Shown here: positions 50,452-62,048 of the stretch, one piece after another
How the letters are laid out: each line of letters starts with the position of its first letter
Numbering within the stretch: position 1 is the first letter of the stretch
IMG/VR virus record: IMGVR_UViG_3300021467_000006
Span: 1 to 64,000 of that record
DNA: 64,000 nucleotides
Reading direction: 5' to 3' (one strand)
Origin: a virus
Position numbers and translations under genes: made by a program
The notes under the pieces: generated by a model
What the model saw: the letters and a program-made list of their open reading frames with translations, nothing else
Told to the model about the DNA's origin: nothing
The model's database searches: none

Positions 50452-51078
50452 TCAAGACTTTTCTGTATAAAAAATATGATTTCCAAACCTACCTAGTTTC
50501 TTTAATTTCAACCACCAACCATGAGGCTTAAATCCAACTGCATGATAATAGAGAGGCTTACCAACAAAATCTTCAAATAATCCTAAATATACATTAATGG
50601 CAATTCCTTGATGCTCTTGCCATAGAGTATCTTGCTTTTTCCAGTGTCCTATCATGGATTTGATTCTGCTCTTATTTCCAAAACAACTGAACTGTAACGC
50701 ACCATTTGTTGTTGTAGAAAGCATTACTCCCCGCCACCCTATACCAAAGTACTTCTTACGTGCTAAAACTCGATTCCTGACAGTTAAACCTACCCCTACC
50801 TTGCTTTCCCAGGGTTCTCCTTCAGCCTCTCCAATCAATAGCATGGTGAGCAATTCAAGATCGCTGTATCTATTAAATATTGCTATATGCTTATCACAAA
50901 TTCTACCTGTCACACCTTTCTCCAGCCTTCTAACAAAAAATTCTATATCCGAGATGGCATCATTGACTTCTTTTGCGGACTCTGAATGTTTATCTCTGGT
51001 TCTAGATAATTTCCTACACACCAATTTAAGTCCGGTGGTAGCATTCCGCACGTGATGCTTGGTATATTGAGTAGTCAT
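50452..51078 (-). CDS. SleB/Hydrolase_2 cell-wall hydrolase (endolysin candidate)
   Basis: GEAEGE, VRNRV, QFSCF, YYHA and GNHIFY motifs. Confidence 0.85.
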   Translation of the reverse strand: MTTQYTKHHVRNATTGLKLVCRKLSRTRDKHSESAKEVNDAISDIEFFVRRLEKGVTGRICDKHIAIFNRYSDLELLTMLLIGEAEGEPWESKVGVGLTVRNRVLARKKYFGIGWRGVMLSTTTNGALQFSCFGNKSRIKSMIGHWKKQDTLWQEHQGIAINVYLGLFEDFVGKPLYYHAVGFKPHGWWLKLKKLGRFGNHIFYTEKS

Positions 51079-51434
51079 CTCTCTCCGCTACTGCCCCTCG
51101 CCTGAGCTTCTATTAGACTCTTCAGACAATTTATATCTTCTTTCATTTCTTTTCGCATCGTTTTAGTTTCTTTGAATAGCATGTCGAATTTCTGTTCAAG
51201 TCTCTCAATAGCAGCATCCCGCATTTCCAGATCTTTTTGCTGTATTTCCATATCCTTTTTATGCAATTCCATGCATCCTTCTCTCAATTTTTTACATTTC
51301 TCTTCATGATCTTCCCTGAAAGATTCGAATTCTGATCTAAAGAGGAAGGCTTTTCTTAAAGCAGTGACTATTGATAAAGTTATAATAACAATAGTCAATA
51401 CTATCCCTAAAAACCATTGGCCCCAATCTTCCAT
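51075..51434 (-). CDS. membrane-anchored coiled-coil protein (holin/spanin-like)
   Basis: N-terminal TM helix plus coiled coil, next to the lysin. Confidence 0.5.
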   Translation of the reverse strand: MEDWGQWFLGIVLTIVIITLSIVTALRKAFLFRSEFESFREDHEEKCKKLREGCMELHKKDMEIQQKDLEMRDAAIERLEQKFDMLFKETKTMRKEMKEDINCLKSLIEAQARGSSGER

Positions 51435-51442
51435 CTATCCAA

Positions 51443-51673
51443 TTACCTCTTTGCAATAGAATAGCCCATTATAGCACCAAATACCCCTGATAGTGCCATT
51501 TTATACCATTCTAGTATTCCTGTCACAACCTCTCCTTCTGCATTGGCTAATCTAGCAACATAATGTGCCAATATTATAACAAGCAAAAACCCTATAGTTT
51601 TATCGTTGCTTAAAACCTCATTTATTCCATCAGAAATAGTTTTCATTGTTTTAGGAATCCAATCATAATTCAT
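51443..51673 (-). CDS. small two-TM holin-like protein
   Basis: Hydrophobic segments; lysis-module position. Confidence 0.45.
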   Translation of the reverse strand: MNYDWIPKTMKTISDGINEVLSNDKTIGFLLVIILAHYVARLANAEGEVVTGILEWYKMALSGVFGAIMGYSIAKR

Positions 51674-52464
51674 TTGTTACCTCCATGTATCCATAGATAA
51701 ATAGCAGCAAATAACAAAGAAAAACCAGCTATATATAAACTACATAAGATTCCATATATCATATCCATTGTATTCCCTCCAAACCTTGAAACATTTCTAT
51801 ATATTCCAATTCTCTTCCCTTTACAGGTCTGAAATAGATATCGTCATTTATCATTGCTTTGAATATTTCTTTAGGATTTTTTAATTCCTTCATTGTAGAT
51901 GCTTGATAGAATCTTGTTCCTAAATTCTGTTCTTCAATAATGGTTGCTATAATAGCAGTTATTTCTGATTGTATTGTTTGAACTATTTCAGGATTTCCTG
52001 AAGAAATCATGATTTTCAACAAATCTTCACCTTTCATGTTTATATTCCTAACCTAATCATAATTCCCAACATAAACCCAACTACAAATTCCATTAGATCT
52101 CCAACTGTAGAAACAGGGTTTTCCGGTTCTTTTACCTCATATATTGTATAGGAAATTATGATTATTATTCCTAACCAGAAAGGAACAATAGCCGAAATAA
52201 AACCAAAAACAGCATGTCCTAATGATCTTTTATCATCAAATAGATATGTCTTCATTTTCCATTTCCTGCATAATTTTGGATTCTATTAGCTTTATTTCAC
52301 GCAATAAATGCACTCTTGCTAAATAACAAGCCATCTGAGCCAGAGAATTATTAACATATACCCCCTGTACTTCTCCTTCCAGACGTATTTCTACTTCTCC
52401 TTTTGCAGTTTCAAATTTCCTCAGCATTTTATAAAGGTCTGTTAGATTTTTCATAATAACCTCG

Positions 52465-52992
52465 TTATGATTTTTTTATGTTATACAATTTACCATTCCA
52501 CCATTTAGGAATATCACCAGGCCAAGCTGCATAGTTATTCATGATTTTACGTTCTAAGCCATTTATTATCCATACATAATCTACAAATTCAGAGCATATG
52601 AATTTTTCGGGATTTCTTTCTGGATGGGTAAAAGCACTTTTTAATAATGCTGAATAATCATAACCTTTATTATGAGAAAGCAATAGGAAGGCTGTTTTAA
52701 AAATAGTCAATGTATTCCATCTGTTTAATCCTTCTGGAACAAATAAGTCTACCTGTTCAGAAGGTTCATTTTTCAACATTTCTTCTAAATCATTAAATTC
52801 CAAACCATGTTCAAATGCTTCTATTAAAAATACTTTGTCCTTCAATAAATCATATTTATCAAACCTAATAATCAGAGAAGCATGGCTGTATTCAGTCCAT
52901 TTCTTTATTACTTCTGAAATAAGAAAGGAATTCTTCCATAAAATACAGCTTCCGGTTACCATTTTAGGTTTTAATGATTCAAAGTTATTCAT
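52465..52992 (-). CDS. permuted papain-like NlpC/P60 (YiiX/YaeF-type) enzyme
   Basis: YSHASL (His) precedes GYDY and FICSEFV (Cys). Confidence 0.85.
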   Translation of the reverse strand: MNNFESLKPKMVTGSCILWKNSFLISEVIKKWTEYSHASLIIRFDKYDLLKDKVFLIEAFEHGLEFNDLEEMLKNEPSEQVDLFVPEGLNRWNTLTIFKTAFLLLSHNKGYDYSALLKSAFTHPERNPEKFICSEFVDYVWIINGLERKIMNNYAAWPGDIPKWWNGKLYNIKKS

Positions 52993-52994
52993 GA

Positions 52995-53546
52995 TTATCC
53001 AAATAATAATGAAGATTCAATTATTTTAGAATCATATCTATAAATGTTTATTAATCTATCGCTACATTCTTTCCATGTATTGCTAAAGTGCTTGCCCTTT
53101 CTCTCTCCTATTTTCTTCCAACCCATAGCTTTCCAAAATAAATTGGATTCTAAATCGTAAGCACAACCACAACTAAAGGATAGGGTTTGAACATTGCTCT
53201 TTCCATATTCTAAAACTTCAGTTAGTAACATTCTTCCTCTTTGCATCATTCTAGCATCTTCCTGAAGGCATATTTGGGCTATTTTACCTATTCTTATTTT
53301 GGAAAGGGGATTACCAAAAGATGCAAGGACAAAACCAACTAAATCACCATTTATTTCACAAACATATAATTTATCATTACATCTATCAGACCATCTATTT
53401 TTGCTAGGTTTTAATCCTGTTATAGCAGCTTCATATGCTTGTTTAGGTATAAAACCTATGCTAAAACTATTCTTTTTAGATAAATCTATTATATATTTTA
53501 GATCTTCTAATCTTGCTGGTCTTACTAACTCATCAGACATGTTCAA
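52995..53546 (-). CDS. GNAT acetyltransferase
   Basis: VRPARLEDL, LVGF, IAQICL..R...RGRML and SNLFWKAMGW motifs. Confidence 0.85.
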   Translation of the reverse strand: MNMSDELVRPARLEDLKYIIDLSKKNSFSIGFIPKQAYEAAITGLKPSKNRWSDRCNDKLYVCEINGDLVGFVLASFGNPLSKIRIGKIAQICLQEDARMMQRGRMLLTEVLEYGKSNVQTLSFSCGCAYDLESNLFWKAMGWKKIGERKGKHFSNTWKECSDRLINIYRYDSKIIESSLLFG

Positions 53547-54914
53547 TGCTCTCTTAATCCTTTAGGTTTCTCTGCTTTTATTTGCAATTTCCATCTATTC
53601 TTTCCGCAGCCATATCTGCAAATTGCTTTGGTAACTACAAACTTTTGTCTGCATTCGAACCATGTTACTTCTACCCAAGCACCAACACCACAATTCCTAC
53701 AAATTATTCTCAGCCACGGCCTCTCATCCAACTCTATAACATCAAATTTTTCAAACAGGCTTTCTGGATATGTTTCTGATTTGTTTAATAGCCACTCTCT
53801 AGGGTCTTCATCTTCTATATAATGTAGCTGAAAACGCACTATTCACTCCAAATAATACATCCATCTAGCAAAGCTATCCCTAACTTTAGGTTCAGGACGT
53901 AATAAATTCCCATAAATAACATAAATACCGCTTTTCCTATGAAAAGTATTATGATGTTTTAAAATGCTGTATAATTTACCTTCTGAGTAAAGAAGCAAAT
54001 ATATATCCATATTACCCTTATTAAAATGCACTTTTGAGCAAATTTCTGGATCATAAACAATACATCTAGCAATATACTGTTCTAGCTCATCACTATATTC
54101 TTCTACTTCTACTCTCTTCATGGCTTAAATAATGGTAAAATTAATTAATTTATCTGGTAGTATTTGTAGCTGTGTTTGATGTCTCAAAGTCATAACATTT
54201 TTCTAATTCATATAGGGTTCCTGGAATAAGCTCTGACCAAGAATGTCCGCAATGCTCACATACATAATAATACCATGTTGGATGAGTAGGTTTCTTGGCT
54301 TGTAAAAGTCTTTGTGCCTTACAATTAGGACACGTGGTATATGTCTTATACTTTGTATTATAATTCATTACTGCTCCTTCCTACACATCCTCAATGCCTT
54401 CGAGAGGCAAGTCTCACAAAGGTTGTATGTCTTTGTCCTGGTGAAGAAGAAGCTCTCCACCAGAATGTTGATCTGGATGCACTCTTTCTCCTGACCGCAT
54501 TGGTTACAGATTGCTATGCCTACGTTCTTCATACTTTCTCTCCTGTACTATCTTCTGACCAAAGTGTCTTCTTGGATTCCCACACATCCAACAAGAACAC
54601 CTTGGCCTGCTGTTCACTAGAATGCTTAGTTCTTTCTCGCTTGGCGAATACCAGGTGATTTCCCTAGCTAATCGCTTCATCAATCGCTGTCTGTTGTATC
54701 GTCTTTGTGCTCTAGGTTTTATATTTTTCACTGCTAACTTATTCATCATTATTTTCTTCATCTCCCCAGTCTGGAATAACCAATTGACCATTTGTCTTGA
54801 TGACATTCCTAATAGCAACAAAGCACATATACTCGTCAACAGATACAAAATGATTATCATGAGATTCAATATTCTCTATATTTTCCATCGCTAGCTTGCT
54901 CCTTTTCGAGTTAA

Positions 54915-55040
54915 CAGTGGAAGTATGTATCTGATCCTATCTCTCCCTCAATTAAGACTGGCTAGTGGTTGCAAACCCACGGGACGCCGGCCTTTTGCTT
55001 CCACTGAGGGGGATTCCCGACCGCTAGGGTCTAGCCAGTC
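54915..55040 (-). ncRNA. candidate structured RNA with a pseudoknot
   Basis: 10-bp closing stem GACTGGCTAG/CTAGCCAGTC with three inner arms; loop 54998-55006 complementary to 54915-54923. Confidence 0.45.
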
Positions 55041-55283
55041 CGTCTTACACAATCTTTCCCTCATTGCTTAGTTCATCACAAATATCCATTGCTAATTTTG
55101 GCGGTATTTGCAACTGTTCTACTATTTCTGCTAGGTCAACAGTTCCCTTATCATCTATATAATCAGCTATAACCCTTTTGAGAGAGTTTGATTCTTTTTC
55201 AGTCACAAATACATCCTTTTCACAATCAACAACGATACAAGGTTTGCCTCTTCTTCTCTTTACCTTCACCTTGGCCTCCCTGA

Positions 55284-55350
55284 TGGAGCGGGTTGCAGGA
55301 ACTGCCCCTGCTCATCCCGTTGGTTAGGGATGCTCGCTGACCGAACCCGC
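55284..55350 (-). tRNA. tRNA-Gly-like element with reduced D arm and encoded CCA
   Basis: GCGGGTT/AACCCGC acceptor stem plus TCCA; T arm GCAGG-GGCAGTT-CCTGC; CATCCC-TAACCAAC-GGGATG arm. Confidence 0.65.
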
Positions 55351-55362
55351 TTCTATCTTATA

Positions 55363-55770
55363 CTATGCAGAAAGATCAATTTTTACCCACCCAGTGATTA
55401 ATTTAGGATGAACATAAGTTACTTTTACTTCATCCTTTCCTTGCAAATTTACAAAATATACATATCCAATTCTATTTGGTTTCCAAATTTTACCAAGCAA
55501 ATCACAAGCCTCTATTTCAAGGAGTCCTATAAAATTACCACCATACTTTGCATAACTAATAGCCATGTTAAAATCATCCGTCAGATAGACGTGTAAATGC
55601 TTTAACTTTGCTTGGACATATTCAGAAATTCTCTTCTTAAATTTACATTTTAGTTGGCCACAAAAAGAATACTTCTCTATTACATTATTTATGGTTTGTT
55701 TCACATCAATTGGTTTTAAACCAGTAATTAAAACTTCATTAGGAGAAATTTTTGTTCCATGATATAGCAT
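55363..55770 (-). CDS. putative ADP-ribosyltransferase-fold protein
   Basis: MLYHGT...GLKP...VYLT....AISYA pattern. Confidence 0.5.
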   Translation of the reverse strand: MLYHGTKISPNEVLITGLKPIDVKQTINNVIEKYSFCGQLKCKFKKRISEYVQAKLKHLHVYLTDDFNMAISYAKYGGNFIGLLEIEACDLLGKIWKPNRIGYVYFVNLQGKDEVKVTYVHPKLITGWVKIDLSA

Positions 55771-55796
55771 TAGAATGCTCACCAACCGAACCCGCC

Positions 55797-56102
55797 TTAA
55801 TCCTTCTTCTGCAACAACCCAGCCACTATCGGTAGTGCTATTTGTGCTAACTGCAACCATCCTCCACCGCCTGCACTACCAACTATGCCCGCAATTACAT
55901 TCATTACATCCTTGATCTGGAGCTCGCCGAGGTTGATGCCTTGCTGATCTAGCAACTTGGCAATAGCGCTCAAGTCTAGTCCTTGTGGCTGAGCGTAGAA
56001 CTGTTGCTCGCCAATTTTGATACTACGGACTTGGGCCTCAGCTGGAATGTCTAGCTGGGTTGTAATTGCATGTGTTACGACTACTTCTATGTCCTGTGGC
56101 AT
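55797..56102 (-). CDS. hypothetical protein
   Basis: ORF with RBS. Confidence 0.65.
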   Translation of the reverse strand: MPQDIEVVVTHAITTQLDIPAEAQVRSIKIGEQQFYAQPQGLDLSAIAKLLDQQGINLGELQIKDVMNVIAGIVGSAGGGGWLQLAQIALPIVAGLLQKKD

Positions 56103-56111
56103 GTTGCCCTC

Positions 56112-58355
56112 CTATCTAAAATTGGCTTGGCCTGAGTAATAGTGCTTACTTCGATGTTCTGTATATGAAATATCGTCCCATTCTATGGTGTACTGCCCAT
56201 CCGCTGTTGCAGGACTTTTCTTATGAGTGTATGTACAACTTAATGCAGGCGACTCATTTCCTTGAGTGTCTACAGCCGTAACTACATATTGAGTAGTGCC
56301 ACTAGTATTTCCTAGCCAATCTACCCAAGAACATTTGCCACTTTGGCACCATCCCTTTGGTATTGAGGCTATTCTATTCTGTTGGTTGATAGCAGGGATC
56401 GAACCATCTTCAGCATAAATATTGTAATAACGTATCAGTTCTGGGTAGTTAGAATTGTAACTGGTATAAAAGTCACTGGAGCCTGGGTCATCAAGGTCGC
56501 CAGGGCTAGATGGATAAACTGTATCTTGCGAACCTGTACCACTACCATCACTTACGGTGATGGTATATATGTTAGATAAAGTACGGCTTTCAAGACCAGA
56601 CCACTCAATAGACGTGACAGCATAATACCATGTTCCGTCACCTGGGGTGTCTGTTGCTTCCCAGTAAGAATCGCCTGACCAGGTGCCATCGCTGAAATCA
56701 TAACGACTAAAAATATCATAACTAACTGTCGTTATGGGTTCCCATGTCGATTTATCAGTAGAACGCCATAATCTAAACTCTTTTATCTCTCTTGGCGGAG
56801 GCGGATCATCTGAGTCTTGATTTGGCCAACCCCTACTTGTATAGCCTCGTGGTGATGTTGTAGATAGCCTCCAATCCCATCGAATAGTGACAACTCCATT
56901 GGTTGCGCTACAGGTAGTAATTTCAGGCGGGTGTGGAAATTCTGCAATTACCACAAAAAGGTCACGCACTCCAGTAGAACTTAGCCAGTCAGACCCCACA
57001 GCTATTTTCGTGCCATCGGGGCTTTGCCCAGGCTTAGTGAACTCGTTAGCTGTTTCAGAATGTAGATATGCCAATATGTAGTGGTCTGCATTATTAGTTG
57101 AATTGTATTTAGTTATGCAAACATTTACTGCCGGACTACCACATGTATGTGCAGCGTAATCTGTCCAACCTGTCCACGCATGATATTGGGTGCCTCCAGG
57201 CGTAGTGTAAAGCGCCGTTTGTGTAGAGTTTTCCACATCAAAGACTCCTGGACTAACTGGAGAAGCATCAGTGTCAGAAAATGCTATATGAGTACCCCAT
57301 CTATCAGTAACTCCATGGCTCCAGTAGTCACTAACGAAGTCAGGCAAAGTGCCTGCATTACCATTAACGCATTGAATCTCTTTCTGTGCATCTGTTCCTT
57401 CCCACCAGTCGTAAGGGCTAGTATGATCTACTGTGTGATTCGGAGCGTTATTGTCTGTACCCCATGGTCTCATCCGCCACCAGTCAGCAGCAGTGTGTAA
57501 GAGATAAATCCAATATCCTTGAGAACTGTTCCCTGTAAACATTTCATCATGCCAATCACCCTGTCCAGTAGACGGAGTATTCGCCCAATATGTATCTAAT
57601 GAGGGTTGGCTGTAACTTAATTTGAGTTGACGGGAGCTGGAAGGCTCGATTTGAACAATGTAAAATGGTTCGTTTTCAGCCCAAGTACTGGTTAAGTAGT
57701 AGAGGCCATCAGAAGTGATAGCGTCTTTCATGCCTCCAGTTCTTAATGAAGTAGTGTCACCAGCTATCATGTCTACTATGAGAGTTGAGCTTACCGAAGT
57801 GTCACTAATGACTTCTCTATACACTGCATTCTGATCTTTACCAGAGACACCGTTATCATTATATGCTATTGCGTATGCTATGTCTGGAATGGTCGGAGAC
57901 CAGTCAAAGTATGGTCTCCTGATGTCTGTTGTACTCACAGATCCATTGATGGGACGCCAATAAGTTCCATCGCTTCTAGCGACATACCACGGATAACCTG
58001 TGTTTCTAGTGAACGCTCCTGTTTCGACCTCTTGCACAAATGCAATTCTTTTTCCATCAGCAGACCAAGGTTGCCAGCCATATTCCGTAACTGACCGAAC
58101 AGTGTTTACATCAGGAAGTTGTGACCAAAGAATAACTTCATGGGACGTTGTTGTGTCTTGGTAGATACATAGTTGTGGTTGCCTTATGTAATAGTTATTT
58201 GAGTCTTCTCCACTATAATATGTATTGCTTCCCTTTCTGGAGGAACGTGCCTCTAACTCGTCTAAATTTTCATACGCAAAAACATTTACTGCAAACAACA
58301 AACTCATAAAGAATAAGATTGTTAAAGTTATCCTTACTGATCGCATCCTAACCAC
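56112..58355 (-). CDS. large signal-peptide-bearing protein with TolB-like propeller repeats and Fn3-like C-terminal domains
   Basis: WSADGKRIAF, SPDGTKIAV, WYYAVTSIEWSGLES and YVVTAVDTQGNES. Confidence 0.7.
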   Translation of the reverse strand: MVRMRSVRITLTILFFMSLLFAVNVFAYENLDELEARSSRKGSNTYYSGEDSNNYYIRQPQLCIYQDTTTSHEVILWSQLPDVNTVRSVTEYGWQPWSADGKRIAFVQEVETGAFTRNTGYPWYVARSDGTYWRPINGSVSTTDIRRPYFDWSPTIPDIAYAIAYNDNGVSGKDQNAVYREVISDTSVSSTLIVDMIAGDTTSLRTGGMKDAITSDGLYYLTSTWAENEPFYIVQIEPSSSRQLKLSYSQPSLDTYWANTPSTGQGDWHDEMFTGNSSQGYWIYLLHTAADWWRMRPWGTDNNAPNHTVDHTSPYDWWEGTDAQKEIQCVNGNAGTLPDFVSDYWSHGVTDRWGTHIAFSDTDASPVSPGVFDVENSTQTALYTTPGGTQYHAWTGWTDYAAHTCGSPAVNVCITKYNSTNNADHYILAYLHSETANEFTKPGQSPDGTKIAVGSDWLSSTGVRDLFVVIAEFPHPPEITTCSATNGVVTIRWDWRLSTTSPRGYTSRGWPNQDSDDPPPPREIKEFRLWRSTDKSTWEPITTVSYDIFSRYDFSDGTWSGDSYWEATDTPGDGTWYYAVTSIEWSGLESRTLSNIYTITVSDGSGTGSQDTVYPSSPGDLDDPGSSDFYTSYNSNYPELIRYYNIYAEDGSIPAINQQNRIASIPKGWCQSGKCSWVDWLGNTSGTTQYVVTAVDTQGNESPALSCTYTHKKSPATADGQYTIEWDDISYTEHRSKHYYSGQANFR

Positions 58356-59077
58356 CCTGTTGAGCTGACATCTACATGGTCAATATAATAATGAATTGGG
58401 ATATTGGTAGCGTTATCTCCATACTGTCCTAATTTAATCCTCTGAAAATCTGTCTCTGGATTATTTGTGCCACTACCTTGAGAAATGCCATCTATCTTCC
58501 ATTCCCAGTTATTACTAGAGTTATCCCAATATGCTTCAACACAATATGTTGTTCCAGTGGAAATGGTATATGTATCTCTTGAAGCGTATCCGCTCCAAAG
58601 TTGCAGCTCAAGGTTGCCACTGGTTTTGGCTAATTTTATTGCTGCATTCGAAGCGTCCCCCACTGAGTCAGTACTTCTTGGGACAAATATATAATAACTG
58701 TCTCCATCAGCTAAGCTCTCCGATTCTAGGTAGAATATGAATCTTACATATATTGCTGAATGGCTAGTTGAAAGATCTGTATATGTATGTGCCCTAGAAT
58801 AAGTACCAGTAGGAATCTCTATTTCTAACCATTCCCCGTCAAAACCGCATTCAGAAGAACCAGGAGTAGTATTTTCGTCTTCATCAACCGTACCCCCACT
58901 AATATTCTCAGTCCAAGTATTATCATATCCAGTTGAATCAAATGTCTCATTGAGTAGGTCACCAGATGAAAACGTACCACAAGATGTTCCTCCACCACTA
59001 GGAAAGTTCCTGACTACAATCATCCCAGAGCAGAACAAGAAAATTAAGCATATGAATGGTATCAGTAGCTTTCTCAT
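58334..59077 (-). CDS. signal-peptide-bearing jelly-roll/lectin-like protein
   Basis: Hydrophobic N-terminus; IYVRFIFY, YCVEAYW, WKIDG and YYIDHV. Confidence 0.6.
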   Translation of the reverse strand: MRKLLIPFICLIFLFCSGMIVVRNFPSGGGTSCGTFSSGDLLNETFDSTGYDNTWTENISGGTVDEDENTTPGSSECGFDGEWLEIEIPTGTYSRAHTYTDLSTSHSAIYVRFIFYLESESLADGDSYYIFVPRSTDSVGDASNAAIKLAKTSGNLELQLWSGYASRDTYTISTGTTYCVEAYWDNSSNNWEWKIDGISQGSGTNNPETDFQRIKLGQYGDNATNIPIHYYIDHVDVSSTGWLGCDQ

Positions 59078-59079
59078 AA

Positions 59080-62037
59080 TTACTTCTCCACCTTAAGAGC
59101 TGCTGTTACCCGCTGTATTGATGTAGCATTACCTTCAACCACAAAAGCAAGGATATCTCCAGCGCTGATTGATGTTGTCCAACCTGTCAATGTCGGATCT
59201 TCATACTTAACGCCGGAGGATATAGCTGGCGTGGCACTAGCCGTTATCGAGTCCCCATTCACGGGATGTGTGCTTCCGGCATCAAAGTCTGAGTAAGTAC
59301 ATTTCCAAATGTCCACGGTTACTGAGCCCGATTGATCTGCTAGTAAAGTAACGCTCTTGATGGTGCAGTTATAAGGCACTCTGATGTAGAGCTTTTCTCC
59401 ATCAGTGAGTGCAGAGCCGCCACCATCTAAAATGACGTTAATTGAGTCGGTAACAACATCGGAGCCATCTAACATATTATCTTCATCTACATTGGTTAAG
59501 CTGTTACCAGTGCCATTAGCGTCAAAAGTTGTGTTTGTGAATGTCTTAGAGTCGCTGGCATAAGCAGATAACTCACTTTGCACATAAGCCGTAGTTGCAA
59601 TACTGGTATCATTGTCATTAGCACTGGCTGTAGGTGCCGTTGGGTCACCGGTTAAGGCAGGAGAAGCCAATGGAGCTTTGGCATCGAGTTGGGTCTGGAT
59701 GGCAGAAGTCACACCATCAAGATAGCCAAATTCTGTATTGTCCACGCTTCCACCAGCTATCTTGGTTGCGTCTATGGCAGCCGAAGCGTTGATATCTGTG
59801 TTAACTATTGCTCCGTCAGCTATTAGGGCACTAGTAATTACTCCAGTCATGTTAGAATCAATAAGGTACTGCCCCCAATCAGAGCCATCGTAGAACTCAA
59901 ACCTGTTCTCCGCTTCATCATAATTAAGCCAGCCTTCTGACGGCGAACCAGTAGTAAAACCATTCGTGTTACTCACGTCTATATAATGAGAACCGTCAGC
60001 GGAGGTGGTCTCGAACCCAGTTGCCTTGACAACCTTGTTAAACGTAAAATCGTCGTCTGTGATCGTGAGACTTGGGTCTGTTCCGGTTCCGGTATCCCAA
60101 GTCCAAGATTTAGAAGCATCTGTGTTAGTACCAAAAGTGGTGTCATCTATTTCCGTAGTATCTAGAGCAATAGTTACATTCCCACCTGCTCCACCATCGG
60201 TGATATCCAATGCCGTACCTTCAGTAAGCACTCGCTCTGCAGAAAGAGTTGCGTTTGTGGATAGAGTTACATATTCAGCGTCAGTTGGTGCACCTGAACT
60301 AGGAGGCACAGCCCATGTGCCATCGCCCCTAAGAAAATCAGAAGTAGATCCACTGAGCTTCGGAAGTAGCCCATGATAGCTTGTGGTTGCATTGAGATCA
60401 GTATTGTCGTCAGGTGTACCAAAGTCATCTAGTTTAGTAGTTGTCAAGGCCAATGTACCACTTGTGGATGGCAACGTAATGTTTATGTCTGAGGTGGGGT
60501 CATCAGTAGGAGCTATAATACTGAGTTCATTAGTATCATCAGTGGTTCCCTCCCATATGAGCATCGTGGTTCCAGTTGAGACCACTCCATCCGTGAAAGC
60601 TGCACCAGATGAGAAGGCTGGGCCTACATCTGTAATATCACCACTTCCGCTAGGGGTTCCCCAACTTGGTGCAGATGTGGCACCATTGCTCATCAAATAT
60701 GTACCAGAAGAACCAAGGGCAAGTTCGGTTATATTTCCAGAACCATTACTGTAAAACAGCCTCCACGCTGTAGGAGACGCTAATGTCTGTAAATCACTGT
60801 CAAGTGCTCCATTTGCAACTGAACCAGATGCGGAAATAGTCAAATCATCAGCTACTTCATTGTCTGCCCAAGGGTTAGCAGTATTAACCCAGTTAGCTGT
60901 TATTGTCTCAGCTTCGTCTAGCATGGCTATTGAGTCAACATCAGAAAGATCAGAACTGCTTATTTGAGTTCCATTTATCTGATAAACAGCCCCGCTGGGC
61001 AGATTCAAGTTTCCAGTGTCATCAATCGTAACATTGGAGTTCTGGATCATCTTCCCGTCAGTTCCGTCAAACCTTGCTATTGCATTATCCGTAGAAGAAG
61101 AAGGACCTGTTACGTCCCCAGTACCAGACACAGCATCTGGCACCCAATAAGTACCGTTCCATTTAATTACATCGCCTGTGGATGGTGTGCCACTGATAAA
61201 GTCATGTAGACTGATATCATTAGCATCATCACCTCCAGTTGCGATATTAAGAACGGGTTGATCTATTTTATTATTATCAAGCCCATCACCAGCTAATAAA
61301 TCAGGATCAAGTGAATTACTCACTTCTAATGATTGGTCAGAAATAATTAAGCCATTTCCAGGCATCAATGTGCTAACTGCCCCGTCCGAATCATCCCAAA
61401 AGAGAATTGCATCAGTATTAGGGTCAGTTAGATTTGCTATATCATCCAACCAATCATCATAAGCCTGTACATCTGTTCCTATTTCTAAGCCTAAGTTAGT
61501 CCTAGCCGTAGCCGCATTACTAGCTCCAGTACCACCATCTGCTATTGCTACATCAGTAGAACCAGGTGCATAATAGTCGGTTCCAGCTACTCCAGCGGAA
61601 TAACCACTTTCATTCCCAGCCCCTTTTACCAATCCGTTGATACCAGAAGCCAGCGAATCAAGATCAGAATCAGCAGGTTGGTAGGTACTGGACAAATCAG
61701 GAATCATATCTTCATGAATCTTAACTAATCGCCATACTCCACCACTTGAGTAGTCATCCGGTCTTATCACATTCGGTGAGCTCTCTGCATCCGTGCCGTC
61801 AGCATCAAAGATATACTCGTAAACTGTGACTGTAGTGCCGGAAATTACTGTTACTATGGCAGAGTCACCATCAGCCAAGTCATCCGAGTTAGGTGCCCCA
61901 CTTGCTGTGATATCCAGTGCATCTAAGGCTCCGGTTCCTCCACCAGTTAACGCTGTACAACCATAACGGTTAGCTGCGTAACTCTGGCTACAAACTAGGA
62001 TAAAAAAAGCTAAAATCAAAAACAGAATCTTTTTCAT
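59080..62037 (-). CDS. tail-fibre-like protein with an N-terminal signal peptide
   Basis: Fibre-type motifs [37 protein letters not shown] and [17 protein letters not shown]...IATTAYV. Confidence 0.8.
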   Translation of the reverse strand: MKKILFLILAFFILVCSQSYAANRYGCTALTGGGTGALDALDITASGAPNSDDLADGDSAIVTVISGTTVTVYEYIFDADGTDAESSPNVIRPDDYSSGGVWRLVKIHEDMIPDLSSTYQPADSDLDSLASGINGLVKGAGNESGYSAGVAGTDYYAPGSTDVAIADGGTGASNAATARTNLGLEIGTDVQAYDDWLDDIANLTDPNTDAILFWDDSDGAVSTLMPGNGLIISDQSLEVSNSLDPDLLAGDGLDNNKIDQPVLNIATGGDDANDISLHDFISGTPSTGDVIKWNGTYWVPDAVSGTGDVTGPSSSTDNAIARFDGTDGKMIQNSNVTIDDTGNLNLPSGAVYQINGTQISSSDLSDVDSIAMLDEAETITANWVNTANPWADNEVADDLTISASGSVANGALDSDLQTLASPTAWRLFYSNGSGNITELALGSSGTYLMSNGATSAPSWGTPSGSGDITDVGPAFSSGAAFTDGVVSTGTTMLIWEGTTDDTNELSIIAPTDDPTSDINITLPSTSGTLALTTTKLDDFGTPDDNTDLNATTSYHGLLPKLSGSTSDFLRGDGTWAVPPSSGAPTDAEYVTLSTNATLSAERVLTEGTALDITDGGAGGNVTIALDTTEIDDTTFGTNTDASKSWTWDTGTGTDPSLTITDDDFTFNKVVKATGFETTSADGSHYIDVSNTNGFTTGSPSEGWLNYDEAENRFEFYDGSDWGQYLIDSNMTGVITSALIADGAIVNTDINASAAIDATKIAGGSVDNTEFGYLDGVTSAIQTQLDAKAPLASPALTGDPTAPTASANDNDTSIATTAYVQSELSAYASDSKTFTNTTFDANGTGNSLTNVDEDNMLDGSDVVTDSINVILDGGGSALTDGEKLYIRVPYNCTIKSVTLLADQSGSVTVDIWKCTYSDFDAGSTHPVNGDSITASATPAISSGVKYEDPTLTGWTTSISAGDILAFVVEGNATSIQRVTAALKVEK

Positions 62038-62048
62038 ATTACACGCTC

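Noticed and set aside
54965-54995. Resemblance to the c-di-GMP-I riboswitch (GCAAACC...GGGACGC) on the + strand
   Set aside because: Lacks the GNRA-capped P2 and the P3 receptor, and is antisense to the neighbouring genes
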